DNA from: Pseudomonadota bacterium
GTDB taxonomy: Bacteria > Desulfobacterota > Desulfobacteria > Desulfobacterales > JBDRRP01
NCBI GenBank assembly: GCA_043825735.1
Contig: JBDRRP010000050.1
Span: forward strand, 1-64,000
Direction: 5' to 3'
DNA length: 64,000 nucleotides
A program made the position numbers and the translations under genes. Every line of letters starts with the position of its first letter. The first letter of the stretch is position 1. The notes beneath the pieces were generated by a model, which worked only from the letters and a program-made list of their open reading frames with translations, was not told where the DNA came from and did not search any database. This document shows positions 28,322-39,400 of this stretch, piece after piece.

Positions 28322-28513
28322 ATGGCAGCCGTTGAGGCAATGGTTTTCACCCGGGATCACTTCTACTACCACGGTCACACCGTCGTTGAACAGGTCCGCT
28401 GCGGCGGCGATGACGTTCTCTGGCGGCAGTGGCATCTTTTCGACACCGTCGAGGATGCCCAGCAATTTTACTTCAGCAACGATGCGGCAGACAGCCGGGG
28501 AGGTGCGTTGTGA
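28322..28513 (+). CDS. small hypothetical protein (63 aa)
   Basis: AAGGAGGT RBS before ATG 28322; divergent from the WYL gene. Confidence 0.65.
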   Translation: MAAVEAMVFTRDHFYYHGHTVVEQVRCGGDDVLWRQWHLFDTVEDAQQFYFSNDAADSRGGAL

Positions 28514-28605
28514 AGAACCAGATTTTAGATGGTATCCTGGAATGCCTGGCCCTGGTGTCCATTATCAGTCTTACCATGATGGTGACGCTGGCGTTCGGCG
28601 GTTGA
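28510..28605 (+). CDS. 31-aa hydrophobic peptide MKNQILDGILECLALVSIISLTMMVTLAFGG (not in ORF track)
   Basis: GGGAGG RBS, GTGA overlap with the upstream stop, one TM-like segment. Confidence 0.55.
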   Translation: MKNQILDGILECLALVSIISLTMMVTLAFGG

Positions 28606-28623
28606 GGTCGGCGCCCTAAAGGG

Positions 28624-29472
28624 TTACGACAGGCGGTAGTAAAGGCCGGTGCCCACCGCCCATGCCAGGATGGCCACGGTACCCCACAGGCAGATGCCGG
28701 CCAACCACCGGTGAGCGGCGGATTCAGGACGCTGCTCGGTGTATCCCAGCATCCAGCCCAGGGCGATGCCGCCCAGCAGGCCGCCGGCGTGGCCCCAGTT
28801 GTTGATGCCGCTGACGACCAGACCAAAGAGCGCCAGGCTCACGATCCAGCCGCCGATCTGACGGTAGACTGCGGCCCCGTATTCGCCGCCGCGGTGTTTG
28901 CCGTAGAACAGGGCCGCTCCCATGAGGGCGCACAGCGATGCTGATGCGCCGATGGTAATGGGTACCCCGGCCAGGTAGGAAGCCAGAAATCCGACGGCCC
29001 CGCCCGTCGTGTAGATGATGAACATCCGGCTGACGCCGAACTCGCGCGCCACCAGTGTCCCCAGTTGCCGGAAGGCGGCCATGTTGAAAAAAATGTGCAG
29101 CAGGCTGCCGTGAAGATAGCTGGCCGACACCAGGGTCCACCACCGGTGCAGCCGATCGATGGGCAGGGTTCCGGTGGCTCCGAGTAAAATCAGGCTGTCG
29201 GTGTCGATGGAGAAAAAAAACAGCGGGTTGGCAGACAGTCCGATATGCCGGGGATAAAGCAGAATGCTCAGCATGAAAAGCGCCACATTCACATATATGA
29301 TCCACCGGATGGCGGTGCCGGCGGACTGTCCCAGCCGGGGAAAGGGGATTTTCCGAAAACCTGCGCCGGGATGCTTCATGCGGCAATAGGGGCACTGGAT
29401 GTCGTCCGCATTGATGAGCTTTCGGCACCCGGGGCAGAGAATGGCGCCAGGTTGCTGGGGGGTGTGGGTCAC
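28624..29472 (-). CDS. rhomboid intramembrane serine protease with N-terminal Zn ribbon (start approximate)
   Basis: CPGC...CPYC, HIFFN, GASA, HAGG. Confidence 0.9.
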   Translation of the reverse strand: MTHTPQQPGAILCPGCRKLINADDIQCPYCRMKHPGAGFRKIPFPRLGQSAGTAIRWIIYVNVALFMLSILLYPRHIGLSANPLFFFSIDTDSLILLGATGTLPIDRLHRWWTLVSASYLHGSLLHIFFNMAAFRQLGTLVAREFGVSRMFIIYTTGGAVGFLASYLAGVPITIGASASLCALMGAALFYGKHRGGEYGAAVYRQIGGWIVSLALFGLVVSGINNWGHAGGLLGGIALGWMLGYTEQRPESAAHRWLAGICLWGTVAILAWAVGTGLYYRLS

Positions 29473-29700
29473 GGGTCCCGCCTTTGTGTCGATCCTGATG
29501 AAACAGCCATTCACCATAGTCCCGAGGCGAAATACTGTCAATTGAGCACTTTCACCGGCAGAACCATACAGGTCTGCCGTCAGATCTGACGCACCCGTCC
29601 CCTGTACGGCGCGCCGTCGCTGTGTTATCTTATTTTTCTTGTGAAACCCGGCAACCGGGCGAGCCGTCCCCATAGTGTGTCGTTCAATCGGAGGACTTTC

Positions 29701-30420
29701 ATGACGGGCCGAACAGCAGCGGCGATCAGAGACCTATCACGGTGGATCACGGCAGGACTCCTGCTCATGGCCCTTGCGGGCTGTGGCAGCGATGCGCCCA
29801 CCGCCGGCGGCGGCAAGCGCCTTGCCGACACGTTCACGTTTTTCGATGTCGATGCCAACTCCTCGGACGGAGAGCCGCTTCGGCGCACACTGGGTGAGCA
29901 CCTTGGCCGTGAAGCCGTGGCCGGCAAGGACGTGCTGGACCTGGCGGTGTTCTCCGGCATTGCTTTGGACAGCGTGTTCCAGGCCCTGGGCGATCTCAAC
30001 GGGCAGTTGAACCCGGACCCGCGCGCCCGAAAAGAGCACGCCCTCACCTCGCTCACCTATCGCTACCCCCAGAAGCACTACCCCACGTTCACTTATGTGC
30101 GGTTGATATTTTCGGCACTTCACCGGCATCCGCTGATGATCACGATCGACGCCAACAGCGAGGCCGGCAGCATTCTGGAAACCCTGAAGGCCAAATACGG
30201 ACCGCCCCTGGAAACCCGTCCGGACGGCCTGGAAACGACCCTTTGGTCGTGGCAGAGAGAAGGGGACTGGCTGATTGTCCAAAAACGCCAAAACAAGTTC
30301 GGCCGGCCCGAATACATCATCACCATATTTTATGTCGGACGCATCAAAGAGCTGATCAGGGCCGAATCGGAAAACGTGCGAGAGGCCGAGGGCGCCTCAC
30401 GAGAGAGGAAAGCATTTTAG
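29701..30420 (+). CDS. hypothetical lipoprotein
   Basis: Lipobox LAGC, GGAGG RBS. Confidence 0.7.
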   Translation: MTGRTAAAIRDLSRWITAGLLLMALAGCGSDAPTAGGGKRLADTFTFFDVDANSSDGEPLRRTLGEHLGREAVAGKDVLDLAVFSGIALDSVFQALGDLNGQLNPDPRARKEHALTSLTYRYPQKHYPTFTYVRLIFSALHRHPLMITIDANSEAGSILETLKAKYGPPLETRPDGLETTLWSWQREGDWLIVQKRQNKFGRPEYIITIFYVGRIKELIRAESENVREAEGASRERKAF

Positions 30421-30427
30421 GCGAGGC

Positions 30428-30459
30428 TCCCGAACCGGAAGTGATTTTCCGGTCCGGGG
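30428..30459. terminator. hairpin between convergent genes
   Basis: cccgaaccggaa-gtgatt-ttccggtccggg. Confidence 0.45.
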
Positions 30460-30481
30460 CATTCCGTTATCGTGGACGATT

Positions 30482-31588
30482 TTATTTGGGTTCCGGTAGT
30501 TTGGCGGCCATCAACTGACAGTAGGCCGCCATATACTTTTCTGCAGTCTTTTCGTAGGCACCGGCATCGGCGATGACCTCGTATTCACGCGCCTTGGATG
30601 TTCCGGTACCGGCCAGAGAGGACAGCACGTTAAAGGCGCCTTCCACCACTTTGGCCGTTGTTCCCGTGGTATCGACGATTTCCTTGTCAAAAGCATCCGG
30701 TGATATGATGGCCTGCTTCAACTTGAAAGCGGCCACTTTGTCGGTGCGCAGGGTGTAAACCATACGCTTATTTCCTTCGAATCCGGCTTCGTAGCTGTCC
30801 ACTGAATTGTAAAAGGCGATCTGGGACTGGTCGGCGGCAATGGAAAAGCGCATGCTGCCGCCCACCTTGGCCTCACCCACGCCTGCTTTTTCCCTCACGT
30901 CGGTGAATCCTACCACCAGACGCACCCGGACCATGGTCGCGCCCAGTTCACCGATCAATTGGCCTTCCAGGTTGTGAGGCGCCTCGGCCTGGGCGGCTGC
31001 CCCGAACTGACTGAACACGCTGGAGATGCCGACCTGGGGGTCATGCAGGGAGAAGTAGACCGGCATGCCTTTGGGCGCGCAGATCACCGATTCGCCGGCT
31101 TTGGGTTCCACCCGGCTGCTGGTTTTCAGGGGTGAGGGTTTCCCGAACGCAGCGATTTTTTGGTACACGGGGTTGGCGAGCAGAACATCGGTCGGGATGA
31201 TGTCAAAGCCTTTTTCCTTCAGGTCGGCGATTGTCTCAGCGTACAGCTGATCGGTCAGGGCCTGGAACACACCATTATCGATTCCCTTGAGCAGGTAACT
31301 TACCGATACATCGGCGGACTGCTGGTTGCCCCACCCATAGGCATGTGCGCTGGCACTGCTCTTGGTGATGAATTCGACCTGAAAACTGGGGATGAAAACC
31401 TTTGTGACGCCCTTCATGTATCCGGCTCCGTCCACCGCGACATAGGCATCCGCCATGGCCTTGGTATTGGCGGACAGGTTGTCGAGATTCAGGGGTTCCG
31501 GTCCTTTGGCCCCGCCGCCGATACATCCTGCCAGTAAAACGATGATTGCCGTAAAGATGAAGATCCCGCCCAAAATTCGCCGTTCCAT
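30482..31588 (-). CDS. hypothetical lipoprotein
   Basis: AAGGAGG RBS, lipobox LAGC, long ORF. Confidence 0.75.
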   Translation of the reverse strand: MERRILGGIFIFTAIIVLLAGCIGGGAKGPEPLNLDNLSANTKAMADAYVAVDGAGYMKGVTKVFIPSFQVEFITKSSASAHAYGWGNQQSADVSVSYLLKGIDNGVFQALTDQLYAETIADLKEKGFDIIPTDVLLANPVYQKIAAFGKPSPLKTSSRVEPKAGESVICAPKGMPVYFSLHDPQVGISSVFSQFGAAAQAEAPHNLEGQLIGELGATMVRVRLVVGFTDVREKAGVGEAKVGGSMRFSIAADQSQIAFYNSVDSYEAGFEGNKRMVYTLRTDKVAAFKLKQAIISPDAFDKEIVDTTGTTAKVVEGAFNVLSSLAGTGTSKAREYEVIADAGAYEKTAEKYMAAYCQLMAAKLPEPK

Positions 31589-32257
31589 TCGCCCTCCTTG
31601 CAAGGTTAGAAAAAAATTTGCTGCCCGAAGTCTGCATGATTCAGCCCGCTGTCGTTTGGGCACACCCCTCCTGTTGGCCGTTCAAGGGAGGGGAAAGGGG
31701 GACAGTCGGGCGGCAATGAGGCTGGCGGATGCCGTCGGAGCGCAGCGGAGAAGCGGTTCCGTTTCAGAAGGTGTCTGTCAGAAAGCGGTAGCAGGGCGTA
31801 GACGAAGACGACAGGCACTGAACAGCCACAATTGATCGAAAAATTATAGCAGCGGGAAAATCGCTGTCAATATCATATTGTTGCCCTATGCTATAGCCGG
31901 GCGATTTCCCAGGGCGCGCCAGCAGGCTGTCGGGATCACTGCAATGCCGCATTGATCGGATCGCCTCGGACGGGAACTGCGGGCCGGTGACAATCCGGCA
32001 AGGCTGCCCGGCGGCACCGCGGGTGTGTGTGCGCATCGGCGGAGTTGTTGTCAGCATCCGGATTTGCTGTTATTGACGGCAACCGTAAGAAAAAATCTGC
32101 GGGACTGGGTGGCGTGGCCGTGCCTGGGGGCTTTTGCCGAAGAACACTGCGCCGGCCGCGAATGCTGCAACGCGTAAGGGAATACGCGCAAGCCTCGTTG
32201 CCACCGTTTCCGATATCAGGAACCCGAATCCATCATTTTTCATTGTGAGGTCCCCCC

Positions 32258-32818
32258 ATGGCGCACGTATGCCCCTGGCAGCATGTCTGGACGTTTGACA
32301 ACTTTTTCAGACCGTTTGTCCACAACCCGGCCAAGATGTTTTCCCCTTACGTGCCGCCTGGTTCGCGGGTGCTGGACGTGGGCTGCGGCGCCGGTTTTGC
32401 CAGCCTGGGCCTGGCCCGGCTGGTGGGAGATGCCGGCAGCGTGGTGGCGGTTGATATGCAGCCGGAAATGCTCGACATGCTCGGGCAGCGGGCCGCCCGC
32501 AAAGGCCTTAAGGAGCGCATCGTGCCGACCTTGTGCCAGGCGGGGGCCCTTGGCCTCACCGGCCGTTTTCTGTTCGCCAACGCCTTTTACATGGTCCACG
32601 AAGTGCCGGAGCACCGTGCATTTTTTAAAGAGATCTACGAGCACCTGCTTCCCGGCGGGCGGCTATTCGTGGCAGAGCCCATCTTCCACGTGACGAAAAA
32701 GCGGTTCAATGCCATGCGGGTGACGGCCTCAGAGGTGGGGTTCTCCATGGTGGACCGCCCCAGGGTACGATTCAGCCACGCCGTTGTGCTGGGGCGCCCC
32801 GGTTCGTCGTTTCGGTGA
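32258..32818 (+). CDS. class I SAM-dependent methyltransferase
   Basis: VLDVGCGAG, AVDMQPEML, HEVP. Confidence 0.88.
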   Translation: MAHVCPWQHVWTFDNFFRPFVHNPAKMFSPYVPPGSRVLDVGCGAGFASLGLARLVGDAGSVVAVDMQPEMLDMLGQRAARKGLKERIVPTLCQAGALGLTGRFLFANAFYMVHEVPEHRAFFKEIYEHLLPGGRLFVAEPIFHVTKKRFNAMRVTASEVGFSMVDRPRVRFSHAVVLGRPGSSFR

Positions 32819-32850
32819 TCCCTTTAGAGGGGGGAGGACGCCGGCAGTGG

Positions 32851-33564
32851 TTAATTATACTCCGGCTGTGGAAAGAACTGTCCGTCCTTGAGTAGCAGGT
32901 GGTGGTCGGCGACCCGTTGCGCCTGATCCAGGTAGTGGGTCACCATCAGGAGGGTGCAGCGCGCTTTGAGGCTGAGCAGCAGCCGTTCGATCACTTCAGC
33001 CGCCACGGCATCCAGGGACGCGGTGGGCTCGTCCAGCAGGATCACTTCCGGCTGCAGCACCAGGGCTCTGGCAATGCAAAGCCGCTGTTGCTGCCCCCCC
33101 GACAGCTGGCGCGCATCGGTTTTCAGCCGATCCTTGACCTCATCCCATAAAAAGACCCGCCGCAGCGCGGTTTCAATCACTTCCTCTATCGCTGCCCCAT
33201 CACCGCTGCCAGCCAGTTTCAAGGGGAAGGCCACATTCTTGTATATACTCATGGGAAGCGGATTGGGGTTCTGAAAGACCATCCCCACTTTGCGGCGCAG
33301 GGTGGGCAGGTGGCAGCCCCGCTCGTAGATGTCGGTGTCCGCCCCATTCAGGCGGATGCGCACGCCGCCTGACAACCGGGTGCCGGGGATGTCTTCCCAA
33401 AGACGGTTGAGGATCGTCAGAAAGGTGGACTTTCCCTGGCCGGAGGGGCCGGTGATGGCGGTCAGGGTGTGCTCGGAAAAATCCGCCGAAGCATTTTGCA
33501 GCACAGCGCGCGCCCCATAGTAAAATGACAGGTTTCGGACGGTTATTTTTCTGGGCCGGACCAT
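32851..33564 (-). CDS. pstB: PstB-like ABC ATPase
   Basis: GPSGQGKS, VGMVFQNPNP, LSGGQQQRLCIARAL; real start 33564. Confidence 0.85.
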   Translation of the reverse strand: MVRPRKITVRNLSFYYGARAVLQNASADFSEHTLTAITGPSGQGKSTFLTILNRLWEDIPGTRLSGGVRIRLNGADTDIYERGCHLPTLRRKVGMVFQNPNPLPMSIYKNVAFPLKLAGSGDGAAIEEVIETALRRVFLWDEVKDRLKTDARQLSGGQQQRLCIARALVLQPEVILLDEPTASLDAVAAEVIERLLLSLKARCTLLMVTHYLDQAQRVADHHLLLKDGQFFPQPEYN

Positions 33565-33581
33565 GCGTCGCCTTCCTGATT

Positions 33582-34466
33582 CTATCGTGTACCGTAAAGA
33601 AGGTGATCGTTGAGCCGATGGCAGATGACGTTTGCCAGGCCCAGCAGCAGCGCGCAGACCGCCAGCAGAACGATGGCCGCGCCGTAGCCCCTGGCAAGCT
33701 CCTGGGGATCGGCGTACTGCGCCGAGATATAGTAGATGTAAAACGGCAACGCCTCGTACTGGGAGAGCACCGAGCCGGGTATGCCGGCGGTGGCCACGAC
33801 GCCGGTGAGCATGATCACCGCCGTATCTTCGGCGCATCGCCCGATGGCGAGAATCACCCCGCTGAGGATGCCCGTCAGCGATTGGGGAAGCAGGACATAA
33901 CGGATGTTTTGCAGCCGGGTGGCACCCAGCGCCGGCGCCGTCAACCGCAAATCGGTGGGCAGGCTTTCCATGGCCGTCTGGGTTGACCGGATGAGATACG
34001 GCAGCACCAGAAAGGCCAGAGACAATGCCGAGATGAGCAGGCAGGGGCCGATTCTCCCGGAAAAGGCATGGTGAAGAAAGACAGCCACTGAAAACCCGAA
34101 CAGCCCTATGACGATGGAGGGTACGGCCGCCAGGATATCGAAAAACAGGCCGAAAATCTGATGGACCCGACCCGTGGCCAGTTCCGACATGGTGATTCCG
34201 GATGCAACGCCGACGGGGACGGCGATGACAATGGACAGGCTCACCACGGCCAGTGTGCCGACCATGGCTGGAAACAGCCCATCGAATACCTGCCGCCGCA
34301 AAAAGAGGGCATCCCATGCGGTAGTGTCTCCGAAAATCAGGGCAGGGCCGAGCGTGCCGGCCCCTTTAAAAAGGAGGTAGCCGATCAGGACGCCGACAAC
34401 GATCGTCAAGATGATTCCCGAGAGCCAGGCAAACCCGATGATGAGTGTATCCACCGCTTTGTTCAT
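33582..34466 (-). CDS. pstA: PstA-like permease
   Basis: LAAVPSIVIGLFG, ALGAT; ATGA overlap with pstC. Confidence 0.82.
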   Translation of the reverse strand: MNKAVDTLIIGFAWLSGIILTIVVGVLIGYLLFKGAGTLGPALIFGDTTAWDALFLRRQVFDGLFPAMVGTLAVVSLSIVIAVPVGVASGITMSELATGRVHQIFGLFFDILAAVPSIVIGLFGFSVAVFLHHAFSGRIGPCLLISALSLAFLVLPYLIRSTQTAMESLPTDLRLTAPALGATRLQNIRYVLLPQSLTGILSGVILAIGRCAEDTAVIMLTGVVATAGIPGSVLSQYEALPFYIYYISAQYADPQELARGYGAAIVLLAVCALLLGLANVICHRLNDHLLYGTR

Positions 34467-35320
34467 GACAAGCGTTCCCGCGCCAGGGCGCCCAGCCGGC
34501 GGATGAGCATCACCATGACGGCAGTGGCACCGTAAAGGATGATGCCGCAGGCAAAGACTGTTTGAAATTCCAGACTGTCGAAATCGGCGGCGATCACCAG
34601 AGCGATGTGTGCCGTGAGGGCGCGCGCCGATGCCAGCAGCCCATCGGGGACCGCCACGGCATTGCCGGCGATCATGAGCGCAATCAGCGTATCTCCCATG
34701 GCCCGCCCCATGGACAGGACGACGCCCGTGATCACACCCGGCCAGGCGGCGGGAATGACCACGCGAATCAATTTTTGAACCCGGTTGCCGCCCAGGGCGT
34801 CCACGGCCAGCAGCCACTGCCTGGGAACCCGCGCGAAACTGTCTACAAAGAGCAGAATCATGGTGGGAGCGATCAATACGGCGAGCAGCAGCGCGGCCGA
34901 GAGCACGCACATCCCCGATCCGGTTTTGAAGATCTCACGGATGAACGGCACCAGGAGAAACACTCCGACAAAACCGTAGACCACCGTGGGGATGCCGGTC
35001 ATGAACCTCACCAGCCGGTGAATTGCGGCGGGTATGGGACCTTTTCCGATGACGGCGATCAATGCCGCGCACCCCAGGCTCAGGGGAAATGCCATGGTGA
35101 TGGACAAAGCGGATATACTCAGGGTGCCGACGATCATGGGGAAGATGCCGTAAAGCCCTGCCTGCGGCTGCCATGGTCCGGTCAGTATCTGAAAAAAATG
35201 GCCCCCCGTCAGCAAAGGGATACCCAGTATCAGCATGAAGACAAAGACCGCCCCCGTAGCGGCGGCACTCAACGCCGCCGCCGTCCAAAGCAGGCATGTA
35301 ATGAGACGCGCGTGTACCAT
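34463..35320 (-). CDS. pstC: PstC-like permease
   Basis: YGIFPMIVGT, GIPTVVYGF, GRAMGDT. Confidence 0.82.
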   Translation of the reverse strand: MVHARLITCLLWTAAALSAAATGAVFVFMLILGIPLLTGGHFFQILTGPWQPQAGLYGIFPMIVGTLSISALSITMAFPLSLGCAALIAVIGKGPIPAAIHRLVRFMTGIPTVVYGFVGVFLLVPFIREIFKTGSGMCVLSAALLLAVLIAPTMILLFVDSFARVPRQWLLAVDALGGNRVQKLIRVVIPAAWPGVITGVVLSMGRAMGDTLIALMIAGNAVAVPDGLLASARALTAHIALVIAADFDSLEFQTVFACGIILYGATAVMVMLIRRLGALARERLS

Positions 35321-35323
35321 GGG

Positions 35324-36205
35324 TTATTTGACCGGGATGAACCCTTTGTCAGCGGCGATCCGTTGCCCCGTCTCGCTGAAGAGAAAATCGATGAACGCCC
35401 GGGTCAGCCCGTTGGGCGTGCCTTTGGTGCTGCTGTACAGGCCTCGGGCCACGGGGTATTGATCGTTTTTTACCGTATCCAGGGTGGGCACGACGCCGTC
35501 CAGCGCTACCGGAGCGACCGTGGCGTCGATATAACCCACCGACACGTACCCGATGCCATAGGGGTCATTGGCCACGGCTGATTTCATGGCCCCGTTGGAT
35601 ACCACCACATTGGCTTTGGGCGAAATGACGCCTTTGTCGATGGCTTTGTTGAAGAACACCTCCCGGGTGCCGCTGGCTTCATCCCGGGTGTATCGGTTGA
35701 TGCCGGCATCCGGTCCGCCAAGGGCCTTCCAGGTATCGATGCGCCCGGCGAAAATATCCTTGAGCTGAGCCTTTGACAGCGCTTTCACCGGATTGCCGGG
35801 ATTGACGACCACGCCGACGCCGTCAACGGCCCACTTGAACATTTCCAGGCCGTACTTTTGAATCTCTTCATCTTTGGGCCGGCGCCCGGAATTGCCGATG
35901 TCCACCAGTCCTTCGCCCACCTGTTTGATGCCGACTCCGGAGCCGCCGCCGGCCACCGTGATCTGGATGTGCGGGTTGAACTGCATGATCTGTTTGGCGG
36001 CCTCTTTCATCACGGGGATGTGCGCCGTGCCGCCGGAGATCCGCACGGTCCCCGTTAAACCGGTGAAGGTGTCCAAATCTCCGCCGGCGGCCACCGGCGC
36101 CACCCAAAGAAGCAGCGACAGGCTCAATAAACCGATTTTCGATCGTGATGCGTGCCCAAATCCTGCCATTTCCGGCCTCCTGTATTCGCCATCGTTTTTA
36201 CGCAT
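35324..36205 (-). CDS. pstS: PstS-like periplasmic oxyanion-binding protein
   Basis: GGGSGVG, DIGNSGR, RDEASGTRE, IGYVS, YPVAR; atypical N-terminal SGGTAH. Confidence 0.8.
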   Translation of the reverse strand: MRKNDGEYRRPEMAGFGHASRSKIGLLSLSLLLWVAPVAAGGDLDTFTGLTGTVRISGGTAHIPVMKEAAKQIMQFNPHIQITVAGGGSGVGIKQVGEGLVDIGNSGRRPKDEEIQKYGLEMFKWAVDGVGVVVNPGNPVKALSKAQLKDIFAGRIDTWKALGGPDAGINRYTRDEASGTREVFFNKAIDKGVISPKANVVVSNGAMKSAVANDPYGIGYVSVGYIDATVAPVALDGVVPTLDTVKNDQYPVARGLYSSTKGTPNGLTRAFIDFLFSETGQRIAADKGFIPVK

Positions 36206-36496
36206 TGAATTGCCGGGTCAGCCGGCAGAGAAAACTATCGGATCGCTAACACCCGGTCTTTCAAAAGTCTAATCGCGAAATCCAATGATCAAAGACGGCA
36301 GGATTGAAAATTACGATGGGAGAAGGCATGCTCGCCGCCCCGTGAGGGACTTGCAGCATGATAATATTCTGTTATTGTGGAGGACCTTGAAACGGCAGCG
36401 CGGGCGAACAAAAATCGGGTGTCATGCCAAGAACCGCCGTTGCATGCGGGCGGACCGTCCAACCGGCACAACGGTAACCTAAAAGGAGTCTATCCC

Positions 36497-39400
36497 ATGG
36501 CGCGATTTGTCAGAGCCCGGAAGTCATTCTCGGGCCGATGTGTCGCGGCGGCCCTGATTCTTCTGGCAGGGCTGCCGGCCGCCGCAGCGGATACGCCGGA
36601 AGACGCCGCGGCCCGGGCCATCCGGGTCGCCCCCCGGGCGGCCTCGACCCCGGATCGCCGGGCCTCCGGGCTCCCGGGAGCACCCCTCGACACCCGGTTC
36701 ACCGTCGTCCTCCAGAGCGGCCACACCGATGCCGTGCACGACGTGCTGTTCGATCCCACCGGCAAATACCTGGTTTCCTACGGGCAATTCGGCGCCATCA
36801 AGGTGTGGGCACTGGACACTGGCACGGTGCTCAGGGACTATTCCCACGCCCGGCGGGCCACCGACTGCCGGCTGCTGGCTATGGACCCTGGCGGGCGGCG
36901 CATCGCCACCGGCGCCAACGACGGCCGGGTGAACATCTGGGCCGTTGCCGAAGACCGGCTGATCCGGTCCATCGACACCGGCCTGGGACCTCTGAGCGGG
37001 GTGGCCTTCACCCCCGACGGCAGCCTGCTGGTGGCCCGGCCCGGGAGGCCGATTGAGCGGTGGCACCCGGACACCGGTGAACGCATCGGCATCCTGGGTA
37101 AGTCTTTTTTCAACCAGCGGTATGCCACCAACCAGCGCTTTGAGGTGGGACCGGCCGGCCGATTCCTGGTGGCCGCCGGCGGCGATGTGCTCAGCCGCCA
37201 TGACGTGACAACCGGCGCGGCCCTGCGCGGATACCGGCTGCCGTCGGGCAAAGTTACCGCCGTCTGTCCGATCCCTGGAAAAGAGCTCTTTGCCGCCGGT
37301 GGCTCCGACGGCGTGGTCACCGTGTGGAACGCCCGTACCGGGGAGGCGGTGCACCGGCTCAGCGGACCCCACAAGCTTGTCAGCAGTCTGTGCACCGATC
37401 CTTCGGGCTCCCTGCTGGTGGCCGGCGGCGACGGCGACATCACCTTCTGGCGGTTGTCAGACGGCAGCCTTGTCCGCACCCTGAAACAGGTCCACGTGCG
37501 GGTGACGGCGCTGGCCGTGGACCCGGCGGGAAGGACCCTGGTCTCGGCGGGTACCGCCGGCGAGATAAAAATCTGGAACCTTGAGACTGGTGGGGCGATC
37601 CGCGCCCTGCTGCCCCTGAAGGTCCACCACGGGGATATGGTGGACGCCATCCGGCGCATCGAGATGGGCCCGAAGGCCCGGTTTCTCGTCACCGAAACCG
37701 GTAGCCGGGCGGTGAGTGTGTGGGATCTTGCGTCACTGAAGCTGGTGCGGGCCATTGATCTGTCCTCGAACCAGCACACGGTCAGGATCGACCCTACCGG
37801 CCGGTTTATTGCCACTAGCCGTCCGGGCAACCATCTGGATATTTGGGATGCGGCCACCGGCAACCGTGTGCGCACCTTTACCGACGAGCGGCCCTATTAC
37901 CACGTGACGGGGTTTTCCTTCGACCCCACGGGGCGGATCGTGGTGACCGAGCACGACAGCGGCGGGATGCGCCAGCGGGGTACCCACCCCGTGGTCTGCA
38001 TCTGGTCGATGGACAGCGGAAAGCGGCTGGGCACCATTGCCGACGCTCACAGTATCCACATCACCTCCCGGGGGCGGGCCATCACCGGGCTGACGCCCGC
38101 CGGGACGGTTCGCGTCTGGGATATCCCCTCCGGCCGGCTGCGCCACGACTTCCCCTCGGGCGCCAGTGATCCCGGCGCCGCGCAACCGGTGGCGGGGGCG
38201 GGCCCCCGGCGCCCGGTGCCCCAGGGGGTGTGGAAAACCATCCTGGGGCCCCGGGGCGACATCCTGCTGGCCCTGCGGCTCACCGGAAAGATGGACATTC
38301 TCAACATCACCGACGGCCACACCGTGGCGACTGTCGAGCTGGCGCCCAACCGAATCACCAGTAACGACATGGCCAGGGTGCGCTTCGATGCCAGCGGCCG
38401 GTTCGTTCTCTATGCCACGGTCAACCGCGGAACGGGCAAAATCTGGCACGCCCGGACCGGCAGACGCGTGTTGGCGCCGCAAGGCCATCGCAGCACGATC
38501 AACACCATGGTGGTCTCGCCGGATGAAACGCGGGCCCTTACCGTCGGCTACAGCGACATCATTTTGTGGGATCTGGACACCGGCACCCCCATTCGCACCT
38601 TCAAGGACCGGCTGACGGCGACGGCCTGTGCGGTGGACGGGAGCTGGCAGCGGATGGCGGTTCAGACCGGCGGCCGGATCGAGGTCTGGAACCTGTCCAC
38701 AGGAGCGCAGGAAAATACTTGGGAGGCCACCGGGCGGCTGCTTGATCTGGAGCGCGCCGGTCCGCCAGGTACGCCGGTTCAAGGTGCCGTGTATACTGAA
38801 GCGGCCGCGGGGACGGCCGCCGGCAGGCTGTGGGACCCGTTTACCGGGAACCCTGTGGATACGGCGGGGCTGTCCTTCAACGAGGCCCGGTTCATGGTGC
38901 GGGGGGACTACACCCTGTCCGTGACGCATGGCATTCAGGTGTGTCTGGGCAACACGGCGACCGGTCACACGGTAACCCTCACCAACGCCGGACCCGAGTG
39001 GGTGGTCACGGCGCCGGACGGCTATTTCGACGCCTCCAAACATGGGGGGGCTCTCGTGTCCATGGTCCGGGGGATGGACGCCTATGGGGTGGATCAGTTT
39101 GCGGTGCGCAACAACCGGCCGGACATTCTGCTGACCCGCATGGGGCTTGGCGGCGCGCGCTGGGCCGCCCATTTCGAGCAGCAGTACCGGCGGCGGCTCA
39201 AGAAACTCGGATTCGGCCAAGCCGATCTGTCGCCGGTTCTCCAGGTGCCCCGGGCCGCTATCATTGAGGTTCACAAAGAAGGCAGATACGCGACACTCAC
39301 TTGCGAGTTCAGCGATGCCCACTACCCATTGAAGGATTACCGGGTTTACGTCAACGGCGTGGCCCTTTTCGGCCGGGAGGCGAAACCCCTTTCCGGCAAA

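Noticed and set aside
31590..32250. Riboswitch or ncRNA in the long divergent intergenic region
   Set aside because: No recognisable c-di-GMP, cobalamin or other aptamer consensus seen by eye
33565..34910. Long N-terminal extensions of pstB and pstA in the track
   Set aside because: They are alternative frames of the upstream permease genes; real starts are 33564 and 34466
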